Below are positions 37,701 to 47,365 of a stretch of 64,000 nucleotides of DNA, piece after piece (positions within the stretch are counted from its first letter, which is position 1; every line of letters begins with the position of its first letter). The notes beneath the pieces were generated by a model. That model had not been told where the DNA came from, ran no database searches, and saw only the letters and a program-made list of their open reading frames with translations. The DNA comes from Antedon mediterranea (Eukaryota > Animalia > Echinodermata): the NCBI RefSeq assembly GCF_964355755.1, contig NC_092679.1, forward strand, positions 18,769,432 to 18,833,431, written 5' to 3'. A program made the translations under genes and the position numbers.

Positions 37701-39584
37701 AAATCTATTATAGCTCCTCAGAATCATCCATGACCCCCAATTTTTTTATTTTAATATGTAAGCAGATATGTTGTAGATATGAATTTATGCAGAATCTTTA
37801 CCCCTCAGATGTTATGACATCATCGTATGGCCACACAAATGTAAAATATAGGATTTTTTACTCTTTTGTTATTGCTCATCACATTAAATAGAGCGCATCT
37901 CGATTATACATATTCCATTTCCCCCGATACTTTAATACTATCTTTCGCATGAGTTAAAAATATTTTAATTTTTATGACGCCATCATGTCTAAAAATGTAA
38001 ATAACGTGGGTCACCTATTTTCATCTTTACAGTAAATTTCAATCTGTTATTGCTTGTCAGAATAAAAAGTGATAATCATGATTAAAACGTTTTTTGGAAG
38101 CTATTGGATTGTTGTAGATACATTTTCATGTGAATATTTTGCCAATCAGATGTTGTGACATCATCATATAGCCAGTTGAATAAAAAAAAGTTGTATTTTC
38201 ATCTTTGCGTCATAGTTCATCACATTTAAAAGAGCGCGCATCTATATTTTACGTATTCAAATTTATTCTACACGTTAATATGTTGTTGCTAAGATAATTT
38301 CCTTTCGAAATTGCTATCTTAGTGTTTCATTTTGATACCGTCGCCATGTTAAAATTTGAATAAATGACGGGTCCCGTAATTTCACCTATTCTGTGTATAC
38401 TGTATATATGACACAAAATAGACAGAATTCAGCACTAACAACATGTCATATTCTTCATTTCAGGTCATAATGCCATAATCTTTTTCTGTGTGTAATATTG
38501 TAATGTATGACGTGCACGTGGCGTTTGTCGCGCGGATAACCCGAACTCGTCAAAGTGACGAGTTCAAATCTAGTCTAAATAATGTGTTACACAACAGTTT
38601 CATATTTTCAATGGCAGTGTGTTTTAATGCCTCATTCTTTAAGATTGACATAAATTTGCCATAATCTTTTTCTGTGTGCAATATTCTAATGTATGACCTG
38701 CACGTGGTGTTTGTCGCGCGGATAACCCAAACTCTTCAAAGTGACAAGTTCAAATCTAGTCTAAACAATGTGTTACACAACAGTTTCATATTTTCAATGG
38801 CAGTGTGTTTTAATGCCTCATTCTTTAAGATTGACATAAATTTGCCATAATCTTTTTCTGTGTGCAATATTCTAATGTATGACCTGCACGTGGTGTTTGT
38901 CGCGCGGATAACCCAAACTCTTCAAAGTGACAAGTTCAAATCTAGTCTAAATAATGTGTTACACAACAGTTTCATATTTTCAATGGCAGTGTGTTTTAAT
39001 GCCTCATTCTTTAAGATTGACATAAATTTGTGTTCCCTGAGTTAAAGTTAGAAACTTCTGATGATGGTATTTGGTGAAAATGTATTATAAATATGAGATT
39101 GGGAGAATGATTACATTTCTGTAGGCAAGTATAGGAGATATTTCTTCATGGGGAAAGGTTGGACAAAAACTGGCATATTGTTCAAATAAATAAATTCTAA
39201 ATTTAGTACTAGTACTCATAGTAAAACCAGTAAACTTTTCATTTGTGACAGTTAATTATTAAGGCCTAGTGCATAGAATCAAGCGTCTTTAGCAGTTTAA
39301 CGATGTCTACTTGAATGCAAGGCAGTCAAATCTGACGCTAACTTTCCCAGTTATCAGTAACACCCCTAGACTTACTCTGCATAGCGCATAATGCAGCCTT
39401 TGCAGAACCGACAACCACATGTTGCTTGTTGAGGCCACCTCAGCGCAAATTTACAAATTCCGCAGAAGAACTCCGCTATAAGAGCAATCTTGAATACCAC
39501 ATTGTAGCCTTCTTTCTCTCCGATAGAAGAAGGTGGTGAGGATGGTGCTGAAGACAGAACAGATACTAGACTGTTCGATGCCAT
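22492..39584 (-). CDS. TRAF3: TNF receptor-associated factor 3-like, 8 coding exons, ~574 aa (RING, 5 TRAF zinc fingers, coiled coil, MATH/TRAF-C)
   Basis: join(39376-39584,34787-35126,31612-31689,28838-28915,26997-27230,25059-25275,23243-23586,22492-22716), GT-AG and phase-consistent (1725 nt); MATH domain [50 protein letters not shown] is typical of TRAF3. Confidence 0.92.
23078..23233. mobile_element. MITE family A copy just inside the last TRAF3 intron
   Basis: TCTACACTATCAAACTAG...TAGTGTAGACAGAG, ~10 bp from the donor site. Confidence 0.8.
23243..23586 (-). CDS. TRAF3: TRAF3-like exon (TRAF-N end + MATH N-half)
   Basis: [37 protein letters not shown]...PWPFRQK. Confidence 0.95.
23704..24898. 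mobile_element. Tc1/mariner(pogo)-like non-autonomous element, host of a nested insertion
   Basis: TA|CCGTAAATCT...AGATTTACAA; TCTAATAGTAACCC subterminal repeats at both ends. Confidence 0.55.
23942..24718. mobile_element. long-TIR element with TAG..CTA termini and 3-bp TSD (Academ-like)
   Basis: ACT|TAGTATCCCTAA...TTAGGGATACTA|ACT; ~210-bp TIRs. Confidence 0.75.
25059..25275 (-). CDS. TRAF3: TRAF3-like coiled-coil exon
   Basis: [18 protein letters not shown]...[19 protein letters not shown] donor. Confidence 0.85.
25435..25701. mobile_element. Tc1/mariner-like MITE family C copy
   Basis: homologous to 31953-32208; TA-flanked. Confidence 0.7.
26997..27230 (-). CDS. TRAF3: TRAF3-like exon (end of ZF5 + coiled coil)
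   Basis: [21 protein letters not shown]...EKLLQNLQ. Confidence 0.88.
27651..27848. repeat. tandem repeat ~76 bp x ~2.6
   Basis: ATCATCAACAAATTCATTAATTGATAACAATCAAGTCTTATTTATCAACTGCC repeated. Confidence 0.8.
27932..28112. mobile_element. Harbinger-like MITE, TTA TSD
   Basis: TTA|GGGAATTTTCGCAGGAGTGCGTAAAC...GTTTACGTGCTTCTGCGAAACTCC|TTA. Confidence 0.6.
28838..28915 (-). CDS. TRAF3: TRAF3-like zinc-finger exon
   Basis: [26 protein letters not shown], 78 nt, phase 0-0. Confidence 0.9.
29692..31106 (-). mobile_element. 5'-truncated CR1/L2-group LINE (RT C-terminal half + 3' UTR)
   Basis: uninterrupted frame [14 protein letters not shown]...FADDT...FLGVYI...LQKRAARII...GPNLWN; 3' stem-loop GGGTCCCT..AGGGATCC, AATAAA and (CTGAAT)n tail. 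Confidence 0.9.
31276..31434. mobile_element. MITE family A copy
   Basis: AAGCTCTGTCTACACTATCAAACT...AGTTTGATAGTGTAGACAGACCTT. Confidence 0.8.
31612..31689 (-). CDS. TRAF3: TRAF3-like zinc-finger exon
   Basis: [26 protein letters not shown], 78 nt, phase 0-0. Confidence 0.9.
31953..32208. mobile_element. Tc1/mariner-like MITE family C copy
   Basis: TA|CCGTATATCCTCCGGTAT...ATACCAGAGGATATACGG|TA. Confidence 0.8.
34787..35126 (-). CDS. TRAF3: TRAF3-like exon (RING end, ZF1-ZF3)
   Basis: [46 protein letters not shown]...HLEVC...HLKIDC...CINC. Confidence 0.93.
35300..35575. repeat. GC-rich minisatellite ~47 bp x 6 containing GGGGATTCCCC/GGGGATGCCCC
   Basis: CAAGTGGTATTCAGGGAGGCGGGGGATTCCCCTAATGTTCGATGGAA. 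Confidence 0.9.
36510..36894. mobile_element. MITE with YATAGAG termini (P-element-like)
   Basis: ATAGAGTATCACAGTGCTGACGTC...GCGCTGCGTGGTTGCTAGC / GCTAGCAACCATGCAGCGC...GACGTCACACCGTGATACTCTATG. Confidence 0.75.
37052..38574 (+). mobile_element. non-autonomous Helitron/Helentron-like element
   Basis: 5' GGTTATCCGCAACTTAGTTGCGGATAA palindrome, 3' subterminal inverted copy GCGGATAACC, hairpin GAACTCGTCA-AAG-TGACGAGTTC, then CTAGT end. Confidence 0.7.
38471..39029. repeat. 186-bp tandem triplication spanning the Helitron 3' end and its flank
   Basis: units start at 38471, 38657 and 38843. Confidence 0.92.
39376..39584 (-). CDS. TRAF3: TRAF3-like first coding exon (RING N-part)
   Basis: AG|ATG; MASNSL...[40 protein letters not shown]; GTAAGT donor. 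Confidence 0.9.
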
Positions 39585-41099
39585 CTGTAAAACATAACAT
39601 TGAAAAAGACATTAGTAATACCCTGTGTGGTAAATGTAAATGCGGGAATAACCTGTGACTTGCAGCCCAACTGAATTGCACCGGTGTGGACGACACACAC
39701 CATAACTTTCTTATCCCCTAAGGGTCCCTTCATGTTGAGTGCTTCTGTTTCGAACAATCTGATAGCGTTAATTCTGCCTGGGTTACAGCATAGAAAGGTT
39801 GCTGTTCCTACTGCCTTTTTAAAGTTATGCAAGATATGTCATTGTGTGGCTACCACATATATTATTAAAATGTTGTCCTATTTAAAGCCTCATATGAACT
39901 CATAAAACGTAGTTGTGCTGAAGAAACAATAATAGTTAATATTCAAACATTACAAAGCATAGTTGTATGTTAAATAATTAAAATCTATAATCAAATGCTA
40001 TTTTACATATTTACTTACATACTTTGAACATAAAATTTTTTAGAGTTCTGTGTGTCGATCCATTATTATAAACAATGGAAAAATCGAATATCATCATTTC
40101 CTGTATTGATATATGATATTGTAACATGATTCATTGGGCACATGAGTATTTTAATCCGCTTATTCGCTTTCCTTTTTACAAAATGATTAAAACAAAAACA
40201 TACATTGTTTCTCTTTCCATTTACTTTTTTTGATATACAGTATAATAATTTTTAAACATTGTTGAACAAACAACAAATTCTTAAGACAGTATATGTATTT
40301 AACGTAAATGAGTTAGTATTTAATCCATTTATTGGATAATTTCCAATTTTGAATAACATCCCTTTGAAATAATCGATCAGTCTACAGAGCGCGCTTAACG
40401 AATGCAGTGAACCACACGCTGGTTTTTTTATCATGTTATTTATGATATAAATAACTTTATTGGATTTTCTCATAAATGGTAGAACATTCTTCCTTTTAAA
40501 ATCTTTTATAAACTGTAAATTTTACCTCTATATAACGAATATGCTTTCTATTTTAAAAGTTATGCCACCTTTCGATGGATTTAAGATCATGGAAAGCTGC
40601 CCTCTTGAAGCATTGAATTTCTAATTTCTATATTTATTGGGAAACACACTTAAAAAGTAACAACAAATTAGCTTTAATAAAGTAAAGCCTCGCCATTATC
40701 ATAGGCTATATCATCAAGGTATAAAAACTATTTTCTGCTGTCATATTTTTTTTCCAGTACAGTCCCATTTTATTTTGTCTTTTAAAATTTAGGCCTAGGC
40801 CTGGCTAGAACAGAGAAGAGTTAGGCCTATTTTTTAACTCAGTTTACCCAAAAAACATACTGAGTGCCTTGCCTATTTTATACTATAAGCCAGTCTAGAC
40901 TACTACTAGCCTAGTCTAGAGGCCCTTTTCCTGGGCACGGCCTAGACCTAGAAGCCTAGCTAGTAGTAGTGTAGCCTGCATGCAAGGCTTACTAGCGATT
41001 GAAAGACGATCGGGGTCAGACGATCAGGCTTTTTCAAGACGATCGGGTAAAAACGCGTGCGGACGTTAGGGCCCAACTTTGTGGACGGTTCGGACTCAA

Positions 41100-41347
41100 T
41101 GATAAAGACATATCTCATCTACGAATTAGACAAAAGTTCTTTACTCAAAACATATGCAATGTCTGGAACAAATTACCGTCAACCGTCATAGAATCTGACT
41201 CAAATCAACCAGTTCAAGTCAAGGCTGGAAAAACACTTGTCTTTTTGCAAGTTTGCCCCCTATAGTAGACAAGATAATATATAGAAACACGTCGAGGGAC
41301 ACACAAGCTTCGGCTTTATAAGTCTCAACATCAAGTAAATCAAGTAA
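41100..41347 (+). mobile_element. CR1-type LINE 3' fragment
   Basis: RIRQKFFTQNICNVWNKLPSTVIES matches the CR1 ORF2 C-terminus pattern (FFxxRVxNxWNxLP); CAAGTAA tail. Confidence 0.75.
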
Positions 41348-41686
41348 CATGCCTAAGACGATCGGGTACACGAAAACGAATGGATTTATAATTGTTCATA
41401 AAATAAATTAAGGCCGGCCTTATTAAAGGTGTTCTTTCCACGATTTTGTGATACAATGTAATAAACTAGGCCTAGCCTAGCTAGGCCCTATATATGTACA
41501 TTTCGATATTCATTTATTTGTTTTGCCGAGAACTCAATTATAAACTATAATGGAACGGATTTACAAACGATATACTTGGCTTTCGGGCCCAATGTTAAGA
41601 CTATCGGGCCCAATGTTAATTAAGACTAGGCCTAGAGGCTATCCGATCGGGCCCAACTTTGTGGGACGTTCGGGCCCAACGCCTAA

Positions 41687-41947
41687 AGCCTGGTTTCCAT
41701 TAAAATCGCTACAGCGTTTCCATTAAAATCGCTACACGCGCGGATGTCGCCGACGCAATCGGGAAGGCTAGATTCATCGCAGTCAAATCGGCAAAGTTCA
41801 ACCATGTTCAACTTTGCCGGCGATGAATATTATACGCGTACCAAAGAATATTTAGCGCTCGCGTACTAACCTAGATCCCCGATATATTCTAGCGTTTCCA
41901 CAGAACCGCTACGCTCGGTCGTGTAGCGATTTTATGGAAACCAGGCT
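41687..41947. mobile_element. PIF/Harbinger-like MITE, TAA TSD
   Basis: TAA|AGCCTGGTTTCCATTAAAATCGCTACA...TGTAGCGATTTTATGGAAACCAGGCT|TAA. Confidence 0.85.
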
Positions 41948-42217
41948 TAACTAAGACGATCGGGACAAACGTATAAGACGTAGACGACCGGGAACCTAAA
42001 AAATGGGTCCGATCGTCTCTATGATGACCCCGATCGTCTCTATGATGACCCCGATCGTCTCTATATGATGATCCCGATCGTCTTTGTTTGGCCCCCCGAT
42101 CGTCTGTTCACCTTACTACTACTAGGCTAGGCCCACATCTGATCTTTTCAAACACAAAATAGGCCCTTACAGTAAAAATAATTTACCAAAAGTTGTATAT
42201 ATTATATACTTTATTAC

Positions 42218-42400
42218 CTTGGGTAACCCCTCAAAACAAACAATCTCTAGGCCCAATCAACCAACCACACCACCACGCCACACACACTAAACAAAAGATC
42301 TTGTTATAGAGGCCTAACAATCTAATTGCTGAAATGAAACGGGAAGCGAAAAAGAAAAGAGTCGACTACACACTGCATTTTTGTGGCGGCGTATGGGGCG
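42218..42400 (-). promoter_or_regulatory. candidate TRAF3 non-coding first exon / promoter
   Basis: CAAG|GTAATA donor at 42218; the TRAF3 ATG exon starts at an acceptor, so an upstream UTR exon is required; locally CpG-richer. Confidence 0.35.
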
Positions 42401-45400
42401 CATATGCAGCAAAAGTGTCACTCAAAAATACATGTGTACATTTTTATGCGCTAGTTCCGTTTCACACCTGTCTTTTATTTCGACTCCAAATTTGTTAATT
42501 AACTTTTATTAACTTTTTATTCATCGTGAATAGTACCACACCTTAGAATTAGGCTTCACCTCATAAGTACTTTTTACGAATCACAGAAAAAGTAACAAAA
42601 GTATTGTCCTCCAGAAATCAGACTTTGAATAGATTTGTAGTAGTTCGAATAAATAATCACTTCCGTAGAAAAAAAAACCCGGAAAAGTTAATGTTACAGT
42701 TTTCACATATAAAATGGTTAAATTCAACCAAAAACCAATTTGCTGACTGCCAATTTGATCATTTTTTTCCCCGATCCAATTTTTGGTCAAAGTGAAGAAC
42801 TATTAGGGGACATTAAAATGGCATATTTAAAAAAATGTTTAAGAATTATTTTTTCAGGGGGAACAATACATCTTTAAATTGACGAATTTACAGACGTGTT
42901 TCTCTCCCGCTGTGTTTGTGTTAAAATTGTCGTTTCTATGGAGCGCCAAAAGAGTGACTAAAGTCACATGAAATCAATGTGCTATTGCACGCTTAATAGT
43001 GTTATATCATACAGTTACATAGATAGAGTTGAGTACAATGACGTTATATGTCAGTAAAACAACTGGAGTGGGATGGGGGAGAGGTCCCCTGAGTAATTAG
43101 CCTTGTAATATACAGTCGACGTATCTTTACTCATGTTTGACGCACTTTATGTGCCGTAATGTACTTTATGTCTATATTATTATCATTACGGTATTATTAT
43201 GCCCTGTTTCTGCCTGCTGCCAAGAATATACCGTACATGTACGGTATATTTCATATACGGTATATTTTTCTGGTAGCAGAAAGGGGTCTCAAAAAATATA
43301 CCGTACTGGAAATATGATGTGATGTTCGACGACCAAACCGGTAGTAATTCTTTACGTGTCAGTTATTCTATAATACGACGTGTCATCTATATTGAACACA
43401 CTGGAAAACCCAAACCTGAAGCTTGCCAAATAAAAAACTGTTTAAAACCATTTTGAGAGCCTCCTCCTAAAAGGATATAAAAGATTTCAAAATACAATGA
43501 CCGAATGACAAAATGAGATATAAAAGAATTGTTGCTACCACTTCCAAACCATTGGAGATCGATGATAGTCATACAAAGAAAGGTTATGTTAACTTTTTCT
43601 CCATGGTGGTATACCCAAGAGAGAAAAAAAACCCCATCCACCTTTTCCTCACCGCCACCAACCGGGCGGTCGTATGAAAATAATAAACGTTCTTGGAATG
43701 CTGTTGTTTCCTATAACCGTGAGAAAATACTACTAAGTATTTCATAATCGGTTGCCATGCCATGGTCTGTTGTTGTTGGGAGTGATGTCTTCTTTTGGTT
43801 GTTATGTTAAAACAGTACACTCCGCGCGATATCATCACTGAATTATCCATGCCACTACTGTTATTAGCAGCTACGGATCAAAGACGTACGGACGTACTTC
43901 CCATACTCTCGCACATAATGTGATCGGTTGACGAACACAGACATGCTTTTGTAATTGCCTACTGATTCTACATTGAGTCTACGGGATAATGTACAATATT
44001 ATGGCGCCCCATACAATATCATCCTAAAAACCCAAAATAAAGGTAATTACTATCACTTACAGTGTGTTATATGCATTGTTGCACTGCAAAACGTAATAAG
44101 TCGGGTAACTGATCTATACTATTGTAACATCGGTTGGTGCTACGACTACGAGCTATTAATAAGTTACCAGTAACAAAAATAGGGCAATGTATCATAAAAA
44201 AAAGGTCATATTTTATTTTATGAATAATAAAAAGAACCACAGTACATCAGCTTCTCTGTAGGCCTATTAATTACTACTTTTATTGTTTAAATTAATTGTG
44301 TTCGTTCAGGGAATGATCAATAACTGTCGAATTTTCAGCCAGCCGCAGACGCGACATTTCCAGCTGCACATTTCTCAACTGTTGGTCATTGTAGCCTACT
44401 GAGTAGACTTGCCCCAAGTCTGTATTTATTGTCTTTTTTTTTTATTTATTTGTTTTTATTTCGACCGCGATTTTTGTCTGAAAATCCAAACTCAAGTAAT
44501 ACACGTATGAAACGCCATATGTGCAAAAATTTATATTTTTACTAATATTAAGACAAAACTCCGTCTGGAGCCCAGACTACCTACTGAGGTATGATGTTAA
44601 AATATTGTGGGCCTATATTTCCGAGGCAAGCCTGATTAATTATCATTTAAAAATATTAATCGATAATCTAAGATCCAATAAAATAAGCGCATCATCCCGC
44701 TTGGATTTCCGTGATTGTTTTCGACTATTTGGTATACACGGGGGTATATACAACAAACAATGTACATGTGTGCCCATGATACAAACAAATGGATAATAAC
44801 AAAGAGTGTACTACTATTATTGAGCTTGCGTGGGCCACTTTGATTGGAGGACGATCGTCCAATCATTCAATCACATAACTCGTAAAATGTTACGATTTTC
44901 GTCATGGACGAATTATCAATTTGTGTATTACAGTATATAGTATGTGATGTGTATTATATTTTTGAAACATTATTAATTAAGAATTGATTACACGAATTAA
45001 ACACATAATTTTTAAATGTTAATCTCATACTTTTAATAAATAACTAATAACTAAAAATTGCATTGTTATCGTCTTAAATCCTTTCTTGTAGGCCTAAGTT
45101 GTTATTGATTTTGACCAAAATTAATAAGTGATTGCTATAAATATATATATATATTATAATAGGCCTATATTGTCATTTCAAATATTTGTTAATATACTTG
45201 TTCATAAGAATATAGTACATCGTTTTGTTCATAAGAATAGTTTTTTAAAAAAAACCACAAGATCTAATACTTTAGGAGGAGGCTATAATATCAACTTTTA
45301 CAACACTCACATAGATACCAAAAAATAAAAAAATGCGGCTAACCACTGTCTGACTGAACTTTTATATACAGGGTATATAGATAGTGTTTATGAGATATGC

Positions 45401-46810
45401 TCACGTTGTTAGTATTTACTATTCATAAATAATACATGATATACTATTAGTAGACGAAAGATGATGTCGGTATTTCCAACGACTACAACACGTATGCCTG
45501 TGCATTTAGTAAATTCTGATTCGAGTGACGTTGATGTCGTTCTTTACATTCATTCTCCATATTCACAAATCTCATCATCCTTTTATATATACCCTTTGTG
45601 AATTAATCACGTGTATAGTTTATTTTTTACTTTTTGGGAATTACCAAATGATTATTTCTAAAAACCTGAACTCACCATCTGCTAGACTACTACGCTTCAG
45701 TGAACTGTGGATATGACAACTGGGCATCATCCTGCAATGAGGTGAACTATTCCATTCATTAAAAGGGAATAACAGCAAAGATCTGGTCTCTACTCTCGCC
45801 GCGTCTCTCCTTCAAACGATGAGTGTTATATGAAGAACTTATGGTTTGTTGCAATGTAGACAAGTAAGTTGTTACATTCTGCGCCATTCGCGTTTTCTGA
45901 TTCTTGTATTCATTAGTTATCCGCACCTTGGCGGCGGATCTGTGATTGTTGATATTTTTGTGAATTTTTATATACTGTACATGATATAGGCGTAATTCTA
46001 AAGTTCAGTGCTTGTGTAATTCGAATTGATTATATAAATAAACACCATAATATATTTAATTTTATCAAGTTGTTTTATCAAGTAATGATTACTTAAAATG
46101 ATACTACTATATTAATAATAGCCTTATATTATCCCTTCATCAAAGTGGAATGATCCAAATAGGGATTTTCCCTGTCTATTAATATTAGGTCTTGCAAAGA
46201 TTTGTTGAAGTAGCTCCTACAACCCCGCTTAATTTGAAAATGCAATGTAAATATGTGTGTGGTTCTAAAATTAACAAATTAACTATAAATAGCCTAGCAT
46301 GAACACTTCACACTGAGCAAGTTAAGCTACATAAATTATTATGATATTTGTTTAATAGAGTTGCAATACCGAAGAACTTACCAAATAAATATTGGAGCTG
46401 GTGTGTGCGCATTGGGCTTCAACAACGTATTGTGGCATTTCGAATAAGAGAACAAAACGTGATTGGCTGCTATCCACCAATCAAATACTTCTTATTTTTA
46501 CTTTTGTTTGATTTATTGTCTTTTTGCATGAGACGATAATGGGTACAGTACTGTACTTCCTTTTCATTTTTTGTTAGAGGAAATTAAAAATAAACTATTT
46601 TCTTTCACTGCAGGGCTATAACTATAACTAATATATAAGAAAAGATTTAAGGGGGAGAAATAGGCTATACAAAATTAGGTATTTGCAATAGGCAAAATAA
46701 ATATATCATTAAGCAAACCGTGCTCAGTCCTCCTTCAACGTTACAATGTTGTAAGAAATATGCCGGTTATTATATTATTATATAATATATATTATTATTA
46801 TATATAGCTT

Positions 46811-47365
46811 AAAGCTCAAGTACCGGCATGAATTTTAAACATAATATCTGGTTATTTGTACATAAATCAAATTTTTGTAATAGAAATCTAGACGAAAAAA
46901 AACATTAATTTCCCTTAAAATGGTCAAATACAAAATTTTGCAAAATTCTGTTATAAAAACCAGGAAGACTTTTTTTCAGTAAGTTAGGCAGTTTAACCTA
47001 ATGTAATGACATGTCCCTAGAAGGTGAAAATTATATATTTTCTGTAGCATGGAAATACGTCAACTCTGAAGTTGAATAAAAATACAAGAAACGTAAAATT
47101 CAAGTTATATTACCTAAATTTAGTCACCTTATATGATTTTTTAGCACACTGTTTATTTTTCATAATTTTTTTTAAATGCCTCTCTATTTACGACATTTGT
47201 GTACAAAAAAATAGAGATTTTGCTTGCTTGAGAAGTGCTTATTTTCAAAAAGCTCGTGTAACACAAATAAAATCCCCAAAATTATGAAACATAGGGGAAA
47301 CTATAGATCTATATTTATTGGAATGTATGATCAATAGAAATTGTTTGCCCGCATCTGGCCTTTAA
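46811..47365. mobile_element. TTAAAG..CTTTAA non-autonomous element
   Basis: TTAAAGCTCAAGTACCGGCA ... TGCCCGCATCTGGCCTTTAA imperfect TIR. Confidence 0.45.

Larger units (their letters stand above)
40998..42112. mobile_element. foldback/Mutator-like element with GACGATCGGG subrepeats, carrying nested insertions
   Basis: AGACGATCGGG repeats at left, inverted CCCGATCGTCT repeats at right. Confidence 0.55.

Noticed and set aside
43387-43850. Overlapping ORFs, one with YNREKILL resembling an eIF4E-binding or LINE 5' motif
   Set aside because: Motif is imperfect, with no splice support or recognisable domain
45676-45731. AG...GTGAGT-bounded minus-strand mini exon
   Set aside because: Isolated and cannot be linked to any gene model from sequence alone
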